A stretch of 64,000 nucleotides of DNA from Balanoglossus misakiensis (taxonomy: Eukaryota; Animalia; Hemichordata), in the NCBI GenBank assembly GCA_040954595.2, contig CM082585.2:8877649-8941648 (forward strand). Direction: 5' to 3'. The notes beneath the pieces were generated by a model. The model did not search any database, was not told where the DNA came from, and saw only the letters and a list, made by a program, of their open reading frames with translations. Each line of letters starts with the position of its first letter. The stretch's first letter is position 1. The translations under genes and the position numbers were made by a program. Positions 1 to 51,930 of this stretch are shown here, in pieces.

Positions 1-231
1 TTGTAGCTTTTATATGCAAATTTTATACCATTGTCACGCTGACTAATGATTTTCCCCGAAGTAGAATAATGTCGCTCAAAATGAAAATGAAAATTATTCC
101 AGTTCAGTATTGAATGAGCTTCTGCTCTACATGCGAATGAATCTACCCTTGCTTATCACTATCAGCAAACATCTGATCTGGAGATTATATGCATTTTGAT
201 TACTTGACCGTATTTTTCCTGACATTTGTAG

Positions 232-7002
<6,771 letters not shown>

Positions 7003-10000
7003 ACGGAGTCAACGTTTGGAAGATTTTCCCCTCTGCAAAGTGGTAACCTGAAACTTTATGAAATATTTGAAGTATAATAATAACATCACGACTTTTCATC
7101 CAATCGACTATTTTGTTGTCCATAATTCAGAAAAAGTCAGGGGGCAATTGTCAGTCGTCTTTGTTGATTTATCAGAACTTCGGGGGGAAAAACAGTCCAC
7201 TGATCACTGATAAAAAAAAAAATAGCCAGACATTTTCACTATCATTCATTGTCGTAGATGTGTGTAGTGTATAATATTAGCCGTGACAAAAAAACTTTTG
7301 AAGTGTATATTGCATTGCAGCAGGATGTCGACAGAAGTGAAAGAAAGAAAAAAAAGCATGTACACTGTTTGGGTTTATATAGTTCATCCACTTGCTGTGC
7401 AGTTGAATCCTCTCTGTGTGTTGTGGGGGGAATCTCTTTATTTCATTTCATTTTCCCCCCATTGTTTTATCGTTCCAAGTGGTGTTTTTCTTTTAATTGT
7501 GGTTTAGATAAGCTTTTCCCCTAGCATGTGTACATGAACAGGTCTGATCCAGAATTACTTTCAACAGAAAATGGTCATTATTCGGGGGTAGAAAGCTTTT
7601 TTTGTTTCAACTATCTGGTGACCAACCTGCTGTTATTACTTATAGAAGTTTGCCATTCAAAGATATGTATAGGATATCTTGAACGATGGCGTTACTATTG
7701 AAGTACCATTACTAAATTATTCATTTGGATGCTGTTTTTTCTAGAGAATAATTAGATAGGTAACATGTTCAGATAATGGAATATTCAGTCATAATTTCGT
7801 GAGCTTTGCATACACTTGATTTTGCGTGAAGGATGTATTGTTACTCATCCAGATGTCTTTGACTTAATCCAATTGAAGTATTTTTGCAGTTTGAAATGTT
7901 ATTTTGGTGTCTCACTAGTTCTAGAGTTGAACATTTAAAAAAATGCAAATATATTTATAGAATTCAATATTACCAATGATAAAAAGAAGGGGCATACTCT
8001 TTCCTCCAACATGTGCTGTGTAGAAACTGAGTGCAAAGGGCAGAGTTCAAAGTTGAAGTATGGCCACTTGTGACCTTTCACCATCATCAACAATTAGAGT
8101 TAACAGTTTGACTCAAGTATCTTGCATTTGATTTTTTTCTTAAAGAATACGGTGATGTGAGTAGAAATCTGTGATTTCTTCGTATCTCAGGAGACTTTGT
8201 CACTTTTGGAATCCTGAGTTGTCTCACGGAACCCCCCTCCGTCCCCGAGACTTTGTGTTGCCAACCCATTGTGTTCAGTGGTGCGGTTGGACCGATGCAC
8301 GGGAACACGGGGGGGTGAGTGGGTCAGAGATTAACAGTGCGCACTTTCTGTGGGTAAACTTTTTGAGAAAACAGTTAGGCTTCCACTAAAAGTTGAATTC
8401 GTGAAAAAATGCAAGAAACGGGGCCCTCACACACGGGCGCTGCAATTTCAGAAAAAAATTGATCTTTTTTACTCCTTCCATCCCGGCGTCGTTGAATTCC
8501 CATGGAAGTGTGGGATGGTGACGTTTGAGGGGGGAAAAGGGGGTGAGCTGGATGTAAAGAGGGGTGGGGAGGTGTAACAAGGGATTCTCAAAAATTTCTT
8601 ATTTTGTACTTTGCATGTGAACACAATCTGTTTTTGTTTGTTTTCTAATATGAAAGCAGCCGTTGGGTGCATTTTACTACATATACGTTGAACACCCAGA
8701 TGCACGCACAAAAATGTACTCAGAAGCAGTTTTTATGTTTTTTCCTTCAGTTTTTATTTGAACATTTTTTTTTATCATTTGCCACGTCGGTCTGAGTGCA
8801 AATATGAAATATATTGGGCAGGAGAAACAAGTGACACTATTTCTGTATGTATATTATAGCTTGGGGATGTCTTTGAAAGACAAGATTTTTTCAACGGAGA
8901 TGCTCGCACCCCCGTACGAAAATCCACTTTTCTATCGGAGAGCAATGTATTGCTCTTCCTCGTTAAGAAAAGTATTACGAGCGAGGGGTGTGTGGAAATA
9001 TACACCTGGTATTCTTTTGCGAAGCAGTTTGGGAAATATTGGCCGGTCTCGATATTTTTCCCCCAGCCAAAAACGACTCGTTTTACATTTAGAGTACAAA
9101 CTAGGTGAAAGAACGGGAACATACGAAGCTATTTTCTTTGTAAATATTTGTACATATTCGAGAGAATATCAGAAATTTTTTTTTACACATGACAGCGGTA
9201 CTTGCTGTTTTGTCATTTTTCCAGATTTAAAAAAAAAAGCCAAGGTGTGTCCTCCTCCACAATGGAGGCTTTAAGATACCAATTTATAGGTACTGTTTTT
9301 GACGAGGCAGTACTGACGAGAAAAAGGTGGAACCAAACTGTCATGCCTGTGACAAAATTTGTCTCGTTCTTCTCAGTATTCATATTTTTATACATTGTGC
9401 CAAGCGCACAGCAATAATAATGCATGACTTTCCCTGTGAAATCTCAGAAAAAAAGTCCTCTGTGGCAGTGAAATCTTGTTTTATCGCCAAAAAAATGGTG
9501 TGTAGTTGTACGTACGCATGGCTGTTATGGGCCCTGCTGGGCTATCAGAATAGACTCCTTCGAGACTTGACCATGCAACTACGCTGATCGAAGAATGGGG
9601 TTTCACTGTACAATTGTTTCTATTGTCGTTTTTGCAATATGTACAAAGTATTAAGAGAGAAAAAAAACGTCTTTGAAACTGCAGATTTACGTATGCTTCG
9701 GATTTTTCGAATGACAGAAAATGTGATTTTGGAAGAGAGAAAAAAACACTACATCAATTGCGCTAAATGTGAGCAAGTTGACACTTGTGTGCAATTTTGG
9801 AGCGTGTGGAAAAATTTTGTGATTTCTGAAATAAGTTTGAAAAAAAAAAAAACGAAATTTTGCATGTCAGGTCACAAAAAACTGGGATTTATTTACAGAT
9901 AAATTCACATTTTTTAGCAACTGGGTGCATACTTAAAATAGCACTATCCAAGTTTTAGAAAAAAAATCCATTTCTCAGGTATGCACATAGTATTCAGAAG

Positions 10001-11910
10001 CTTCGATGACTGACTTTCAAATCGTTGTGTGTGCTAATATTTATTTTTCTACATTACGTCTGCTCCAAAGTGAAGTGCGAGAGAGAGAGAGAAAGACTAC
10101 AAAATTCTGCGAGTTTCTTGTTCTGTGTCCTGTTTTGGTGCGTGTGTACCGCAGGTGACCGACATGCATTTTGACCAACAACAACAACAAGCAGACAAAT
10201 CTGTACATTTTTGATACGAAAGAGAAAAAAAACCTAACTCCTGACACTTGTACATATTCTATAATAGATAATAGAAACAGCTCTCAAGGCTGTGTAAGTT
10301 GTATCTTTTTCACCGAATATTACATACGAGTGTACTGATTTCTCCAAGCTGTTTTCCTGCCCATTGAAATAAATTAGAAATAAGGCTGGTGCTAAAATTA
10401 CAAAGATGTGCTGTTTTTCATTCACATAAAGTATTTTTCTCTACATAGAAGCCTGAGTCAGTGTTTTCTACGTTACAAAAACACTGGGTTGAGAGGTGTT
10501 CAAAACACAGGGTCTGCTTTCGGCTGTAGGGCGCGACTGCATTCAATGCACGTCCTGTGCAAACCCTGCAACTGAAAGAGATTTTATCGCCGCTGTGTAA
10601 TATGAGCACATATTAACTTTGATAAGACTAATAGTCGCTCAGCCAAAGTTGGAAGATGTTTTTTTTGTGTGGCTGAAGTGTATTTTTTACAAGCAAAGTG
10701 CAATTGCCTCAGGCTTCTTATCTTACTTGCCTTTTATATTGGAAGACTAGAGCAAACAAATGAACATTGATAGGAACCAAACGTTAATATTACAACTGAA
10801 ACTTAAAAAAAGTAATTTATTTGGTTATTTTTAAGAGTCTTAATTTATTTCACACTTGTTGCGGGCAGTACTATATATTACAAGAAGTAACTTTTCTTCA
10901 TCTGAAGTACAGTAAACTCCAGCGTGTGAAAAATTCACAAATTCTTCACCAAGCTAGGGAAGCTTAATAGAGATCTCTAGTTTCATTGGCTTCTGCATTA
11001 TTTTCTTGACCAAGTTAGGGAAGCTTTGTAGTCTTAAGATTTCATTGGCTGGCATAATATAGGACTACTTAGTTTTGTGAAGAAGAGCGATTTTTCACAC
11101 ACTGGGTCACTCGAAAGGGTTCAATTCAAGTGAACTTTTTTATTTTATTTTGTAAATTAAACTTCCCACAGCAAATGAGTGCGTGTATGAAGTAAACTTG
11201 TGTGAGGTTGTATCTATTGCGTTCTACACATCACAGACGGAGCGAGAGAGTCCATTTTTTGGTATGTGTTGCATTTACTACATTCAAATATTAACTTAGA
11301 GTCAAGGAACTTGAGTCTAAAGCTGTTTCTTAAAGTAGACACTGTTTTTGTACTTTTGAACTTACAAGAGATGTCTGGCTATACATATATCCTACTGTAT
11401 TCAATTTATTCTGCCATTATTTGAGATTTTTGTGAAATTGTATTTTTTTCCATTGTTGCACTAAGATGATACCCATGTGAAGACGAACAGACAGCTGTCG
11501 TCGTTTTACATGTATACAACATTATGTAGGACAGAGGTGATGGGTCAAAGTTAAAAGGTCATTCCAAAAAAAAAAAAAAAAGATACTGTTTAGGCATGTT
11601 ATAAAGCAAGCGTTATTTACACCCTGGAAAATTGTTCAACTCTAGGCTGCTATCAAATTCTAGGTGTCAATTTTGGATGCTAGGTAGCACATGAAAAGTT
11701 GTTGGGAGAGTTTGTTATTATATATAGACTTTCCCTCTGCACAACAAGGGGTGGTCAGGTTGTTTTGTGCCTTTTACAATATTGTAGTTTGTTAAAAGCT
11801 TAAATATGTTGAAATAAAAACTTATGTTAAACAGTGGTTATACAGTGATCATATCCAAAATTGAAGTACACCTTCAGTTCTTTGAAATAAAAGTTCACTT
11901 ATTCCATCTA
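7003..11910 (+). other. Probable long (~4.9 kb) DDX3 3' UTR with distal poly(A) signals
   Basis: No coding exons, with U/A-rich tracts. AATAAA at 11813-11818 and 11886-11891 is followed by GU-rich sequence (about 11920-11990) shortly before the RPL8 promoter. Confidence 0.6.
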
Positions 11911-12373
11911 TATCATTATATCTTGGTTGTCATGTGTTTCTGTTCTTGAATATGATTTCCATCAATTTGGTTGTGTGCTTTGTGTGATCCCTCACAAACT
12001 ACCATGAACACTGGTGTTTGAATATTGTCAGTGGTTACCTAAAAAATAAAATAATATAAGTTTGTTATTTTCAGGGAGCAATGTGAACTCTCTCTAGTTC
12101 TGGCCCCTTAGTTTTGTTAAATTGTAATGCATTCAATTGTGGTTAGAAATTATCTGGTTGATGCCACTGCATATTTACCAGCTTTAAAGAGAGCCCTCAA
12201 TGATAACCAGCCAAATCTACTTGTTTCTGTCGTTGGAAGCGTCTTGGAAGTTGACGGTCAGTTGTCAGTGATTCTGTCGAGTGCTTTGCGGGGGGCAGGG
12301 GTTAAGTACGAACGAAGTAATTTTATAAACATGTTTGAGGGCGCCATCACATGTCCGATTTCACATCCGGGAA

Positions 12374-12402
12374 CCTTTCTCTTACCTACGTCGGCCATTT
12401 TG
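12374..12402 (+). promoter_or_regulatory. RPL8 TCT/5'TOP start and non-coding first exon
   Basis: Polypyrimidine CCTTTCTCTT at 12374, YY1-type CGGCCATTTT at about 12392 and donor TG|GTAAGA at 12403. The acceptor cctttacAG at 12699 is 5 nt before the ATG. This is typical ribosomal-protein gene architecture. Confidence 0.8.
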
Positions 12403-12704
12403 GTAAGAACGGAGACGATCTTATGTGTTCTAATATCGGTGAACATCACCGTTAATATCCGGTATTTAGACCAAAAATAAAATAGAATGGAAAGACCTTA
12501 TATGCTTACAATGTGTTTTGAGATTTTTGCTGTGAAAAAGACCAGTTTTCGGTTGTAAATGCAACCCCAAACAACACGATGGTCCATGTTTGATATGTCC
12601 ATTCAGTGAGATGTGACGAAACGAACGTGTTTGTAGCAATATTACCTATTGAATGTTCTAATGTTATTTAGCTATACCATGCTATTGTTTCCTTTACAGC
12701 CAAA

Positions 12705-14341
12705 ATGGGTCGTGTTATCCGAGGCCAGCGTAAAGGTCCTGGATCAGTCTTCAAAGCACACACAAAACACAGGAAAGGTGCTGCCAAGCTACGAGCCCTC
12801 GATTATGCTGAGAGAAATGGATACCTGAAGGGGATAGTTATGGTGAGTTTGATTGTACCATTTCAAATCTACATTAATATCAGATTTGATTTGACTGTTA
12901 GGCTGAACACAATCACTGTATGGCCGCCTTGTGTTGAATGTCATTCCTCCTTCCTGTTAGATGATACATTTGTATGGATTCGATACAAGACATCTAAGAT
13001 GGAATCCTATCTCAGTCAAGTTATCTTTTTTTCGACTTCAGGACATCATCCACGACCCAGGTCGTGGCGCCCCACTTGCAAAAGTCACGTTCCGTGATCC
13101 ATACAGGTACAAGAAGAGGTCAGAAAACTTCATTGCTGCTGAAGGCATGTACACAGGGCAGTTCATTTATTGCGGTAAAAAAGGTACGGAAAAGTCTTGT
13201 GTATGAGAGGCTTGTATTCGTGAATATTATTTACCCTTTCACCACCATGGTCTGGTCCAAATCCACTGTTTTCTATGGTAAACGTGGACCTCTATAGGGG
13301 GAACAGGGGTGAAAGGGTTATGCTATAAACGCACATTGGAATCTCAAGTTGAAATAACCAAAATTTATCCTTCGCGAAAGTTTCACGTTTAACAGCAAAT
13401 TTTGTTGACTTTTGCAGCATCACTTCAAGTTGGAAATGTGCTTCCCATCGCGCAGATGCCAGAAGGAACCATCATCTGTAACGTAGAAGAAAAAAGGGGG
13501 GACCGCGGCAAACTTGCCCGTGCCTCCGGAAATTACGCCACTGTGGTGTCGCACAACCCAGACACCGGAAGGTCCAGAGTCAAGTTGCCGTCGGGCGCCA
13601 AAAAAGTTGTCGATTCCGCAAACAGGGGAATGGTCGGTAAGTTGGCAGTATGAGAGCGATTGGTTCGTCACACAAGCACATCAGTAATAGGAATATTGGT
13701 TTCATCTAACCTGGCAATGGTTTCATTACAGGCATTGTTGCTGGCGGCGGAAGAATAGACAAGCCTCTGCTGAAAGCAGGACGTGCATACCACAAGTACA
13801 AGGCAAAGAGGAACTGCTGGCCACGTGTGCGTGGTGTGGCTATGAACGTAAGTGGACAGATTTCAGTGAAACTGTTTAGTGATACTGTAGATATTTTAGC
13901 AAGATTTCCAGCTTATATGGCATGCCCTTAGCGTTGCATGTGTATAAATATAGCCAACTCCTCACAGTATCAAATGTTCCAGTGTTCTGTTCATTGAATC
14001 TTGCGGTATTAATTTTGCCTGTTGCCTTCTGTCTTTCAGCCCGTTGAACATCCCCACGGAGGTGGTAACCACCAGCATATCGGTAAACCATCCACAATCA
14101 GAAGAGATGCCTCATCTGGTCGCAAGGTGAGCATTACTTTCCCCGTCCTTTGTATTTTGGGCCAAGTTGGGTAGATGTGACTGTCACTGATGCCGTCAGC
14201 GATCATAACCGGAACCCTTTCGCAAAATCCACATTACGAATTCTTGTTTTCTCTTCTTGTCTCTCTCTACAGGTCGGTCTCATCGCCGCTCGTCGTACTG
14301 GTCGTCTCCGCGGTACAAAGACTGTGAAGGACAAGGAATAA
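12705..14341 (+). CDS. RPL8: 60S ribosomal protein L8 (uL2), 256 aa
   Basis: Coding exons 12705-12842, 13042-13183, 13418-13636, 13732-13847, 14040-14126 and 14273-14341 total 771 nt. Protein reads [11 protein letters not shown]...[13 protein letters not shown]...[21 protein letters not shown]...[14 protein letters not shown]. Confidence 0.98.
13230..13321 (+). mobile_element. ~90-bp piggyBac-type MITE, copy 2 (RPL8 intron)
   Basis: TTTA-CCCTTTCACC...GGTGAAAGGG-TTAT. 10-bp TIR, with internal sequence similar to 5703-5796. Confidence 0.8.
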
Positions 14342-14342
14342 A
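14337..14342 (+). promoter_or_regulatory. RPL8 poly(A) signal overlapping the stop codon
   Basis: GAA TAA A: the AATAAA hexamer includes the TAA stop. U/G-rich sequence follows at about 14367-14383. Confidence 0.6.
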
Positions 14343-15294
14343 TGAAACAACTACATACATGATAAAATGTTGTGTAATTTGTTACAAAAATGCAACACCA
14401 GCTTAATATTAAAGCAATTTATTGTACAACGAGAAAAAATCTGTGTAATGTTATGTGTGCATGTATACATCCATATGAATGAATGTATACCAGTATATAT
14501 GTGTGTATAAGTATAACAGGATGTTCCAAATAGAGGTAACTTAGTCACGTGATTATAGAAAGTTTTTTTCTCAAGAATAGAAGAAAACTTTGATATGCAT
14601 GACTGATGTTCTAAATGCCAATTTCGGCAAATCTCTTTACTTGTGAATAATTTCAACGTCAGATTTTGTGTCAACAAGCAAGAGCGAGAGAAGTGGACTA
14701 ACAGTGTGACATGGCAGCTCAGTTTTTGATGGGAGTTGGCCCAATTGAAATCCGTTAGAATTATCCTTCAAAAGTCAGAAACAAGAAATACCAGCACCTT
14801 TGCGGAACTGTTTTGAAACCAAGGAGTATTTTATGTTTGCAACATTTGACACAGCGTCCTCTATAAAAGCTGTCTGACTGTTGCCTTTGTTTTTATCGTC
14901 GTCATAACTACACGCGGTGACGCCTACCACAGAAAGAATGTTTTTGGTCACCAACGTTATCTTTTACATGCCATTCTATGACATTAATAATTCAGTTTAT
15001 AATTTTTATGTTCCCATAAATATCCACAACTATATGCGCAATTCTCACCGGACTCAGTCCAGCTTATCTGTAATTAATATGTTGTCCATTAATCATAAGT
15101 TGTCACATTTGATTATTTTAATGACAGAAAGAGTAAATTTTCCATTTTCCAGTCCTTGTGTTTCTTCTACTTTCTTAATCACTTCGTTTTTTTCCTTTTC
15201 CATACGAAAAAACACCGGAGAAATGTGTTCGCCCAAACTTCTATCATGTCTATATCCATGTACATTTCATCTGTCAATTACAGTCCCATAATAC

Positions 15295-15460
15295 ACAGCG
15301 TATGCGTAGGCCACGCCCCCTTTTTACATATGTAAATGAACCCAATGGCTGGGGCCCGTAGGATGACTACGGATGTTCACAGGGCGACTTCCGTACATTG
15401 ATCGCATGATTTTGACGGAAACGGACGGCGAAGGTCGGAGTCACTGAGCCAATACAGAGT
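15295..15460 (+). promoter_or_regulatory. Probable MAP4K4 housekeeping-type promoter
   Basis: CpG-rich. Contains GC box CCACGCCCCC (15311), ATGTAAAT (15330), CCAAT (15342 and 15449) and ETS-type ACTTCCG (15387), 110-270 nt upstream of the ATG. Confidence 0.55.
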
Positions 15461-15569
15461 TACAACGCGTATCTTGCTCCAGATGTTCAGAAGGTGACAC
15501 TCACTGCCGCATTTGAGTTAAAAACTGCCACCGATTTTGTGAGCTTCTCGTCTGCACGAACTATTCAAA

Positions 15570-49071
<33,502 letters not shown>

Positions 49072-51930
49072 AACGGTGGACATTCTCAAACCAACCTGTG
49101 ACTGCAAAGGTGAGGATTTGGAGAGAAAAAAAAATCCCCTCCAACAATTGTGGATGTCTGATTCCCAGTGTTAACATACAGGTGCTAGAACATGACTTGG
49201 AATACCACCCAGATCACCAGAAAACATGGATTTTCCAGGGGAATAATTTTTCCGGCCCTCCCGGACTTTTTATACAGAATTATGCAAGTGCTGCTCAACA
49301 GTGCAGTACACGTAACTGTTTAAATGTGACAGTTGGGATCTTATAAGGGAAGATGTGTCAAATTGGAAGATGTTTGTCAGAACAATTTTGTGACTGTTTC
49401 ACCATCATGGAGGACATACTCTTTTCACATCGCTGTATAAAACACCAAGAGCAGTCATCGTGCTTTTCCAAAATTGGACATGAGATTTTCCCAAGTGCTG
49501 AATATTTCAAGAAACACAACGTGACACGTAACCTATCAACTGTGGAAGATCTCAGATTGACCTGCAACTGACCTTTGACATGACCTGTTGACCTACGACA
49601 CTCAACAGATCAATGATCTTCTAACACATAAGCTGAGAACACAAGCAGATTCAGTGTCACATTTACACGTGAGTTTGTTCTCAGTGCAGTGTTTTACGCA
49701 CGCAGCACTTTTTTGCAATCTATCGCAAACTCCCATCATGCAGTGCACAGCTCGAGGACTCGCAAAGCTGTGCAGTCTACTTTGCACCAAACTTCATCAT
49801 GGAACTTTCACACCAGTTCCATAAAAGATTATACTTATATCAAATGCTGCATATACAAAGGACTTCAAGACAACTGAGAACAGAAAAACTGGACAGACTA
49901 CATGTAGATGCCTGTCTTCTCTGCAAAAGCTTGAAGCACCTTTATCTACCCTGGCTTCCAATTACTCACTCAGCTTTAAAAGTTGTTCGCAGAAAAGAAG
50001 AAGATGCCTTATGGTTGGATCAATATTTGATGATTAAGACATTTTGCCAAGGGTCAACCAATCAGGAACCAGCTTGAATCTCCCCAAAAGATGATCTCTG
50101 ATTGGTGGAGTGGCATCTGTTGACATTTTATCAACCAGTCAGTGCAAGTGTTATATCACAATGCAGGCATAAATTAATCACCAGAAATCAGTACACCTTT
50201 GATTTCACCTTCAGATTTCACATTTTTTGTTGGTGTGCTGTAGTAATAATTTTACTGAGCATTAAAGGCGTAGTTTTATCATGACTCAGAAAAGGAAGGG
50301 TCACCACAGAAGTAAATGTGGAATATTCCTAATAACAGAGTAACCAAATCTGCCTTGAACATGTTTGTAACTTTTTTCAAAAATTTGTATATTTAAATGC
50401 AAGATGATAAAGATGGTGGAGGCTTAGCTTGTTCATGTGAAGACAAAATTACATTCTGTACATATGTATTTCTTCTGATGAAACTTAGAAGCATGTTATA
50501 GATGCCAAAACCAATATTTACTCATCGGAAGTATGATTTTTTAATCATCTTTCAGAAGACCCCTTTCACCCCCTGTCTCGTGTGGTTTGACCTCACTGGT
50601 TTTTATTGGTTGAGCCGCTCCAAGCACAGGCAAGTGGGGATGAGAGGGTTATTCCATAATAATTAAAAGATTTTTCAGAAAATAACACGTATTACATGTA
50701 GGTAAGTTCAATATTTTTCAGATGACAAACACTGCAAATAAGAAGCTCTGCATTTATCCCCAGGAGTGGTTTTAAGCTTATCTTCCCTAGTATTATCCCC
50801 CCATTTGATTAGATATGTGTAAGTCTTACCTGTGGGTGGACCAATCTATGTGTTCCAGAATAGGGGTAGCAGGTTTGTTGTGATTCGAAGAAGGGGAGGG
50901 GTAGTTACATCTGTCGTATTTTTCCGCCTTTTTGGAGGAATCCATTCCAAAAGTACTACTAGGTGTTTTTGCCAGAGATAAATTCTTGGAAAAATCTTGA
51001 TCTCAGTATGAATGTGAAAGTTTCGAGTGGTGTAGTTGTCAGGGTCAGTAGATGCAAGTACGGGCCACTGGTGTGATTGTGAAGAATGTTGACTCACGGT
51101 CACTCTACACTCCTAAATAAAACTGTTTCCAGGTGCTTTGTGTATTGCATGAAATTATGTCAGTAATCATTCTATAGATACACCGTCTCTCCTTTCTATA
51201 TCGCTGTTCTTCTAGTCAGCATTGCAAATTTTCAACCCTAAACTTATGGTCAGTTTTGAAAATAAAATAAAGAAAGCGCGACTTTTGACACAACCATAAT
51301 TAGATACATGTAACTCTATCGTGTTCTGAGAAAAAGAAGCAGAACCACAGAATTCAAAGATGGTTTTTCTTTGTATAGTGCCACTTGTTTGGGTTTAGAT
51401 TTTGTACTTGTTGTTTTGCATAAATCTAATTTGCATATTTTCATAGTTTACTTTGGTATTTGCCTTTTTCTTTCTCTTTTCAACTTTTTACATAAAATCA
51501 AAAAGTTAGTGAGATGAGAAATAAAGAAACAGTTATGAAATCAATAATTTGTACTTCCTGTTGATCAAGCCATGAAAATTTCACTGATTTAGGTAAAATT
51601 GTTGTATAAAGTGTGTGTAGAAAATTCTGTTAAGTTGTGGTAAATAACGTTTTTTCTTTCCATATTTGAAATGGAACTCAGAGTCTCTGAAATAAGGTCG
51701 TTTTATACAATTCCCTTCGTGCCCATATTTGGTAATGCAGACTAATTTTGCCGGTCAAAGGTCATGACCTTTCCACAGGTTGTAATAGTGTATTAAATCC
51801 CTCACCGTTGATGAGACCAATGACAGTTACATCAGTATTGTATTTTTTTGAGGTGGTTGCTATTGTAACAACTTACTGTAAACAGTATGTATTTTTAAAA
51901 ATAAAACAATAATTTTTTTGCCATAATACT
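49072..51930 (+). other. Probable MAP4K4 3' UTR
   Basis: Non-coding and AU-rich. AATAAA near 51116, 51261, 51520 and 51900; the last is followed by GU-rich sequence. Confidence 0.45.
50559..50652. mobile_element. Related ~90-bp CCCTTTCACC...GAGGG MITE with a different core
   Basis: ACCCCTTTCACCCCC...GGGGATGAGAGGGTTAT. Same size and terminal pattern as the TTAA family. Confidence 0.5.

Noticed and set aside
8240-8432. GTCCCCG and ACGGGGCCCTCA resembling RNase MRP/P P4 strands
   Set aside because: The 5' GARAG/GGAA consensus is missing, and GTCCCCG is better explained by the local hairpin.
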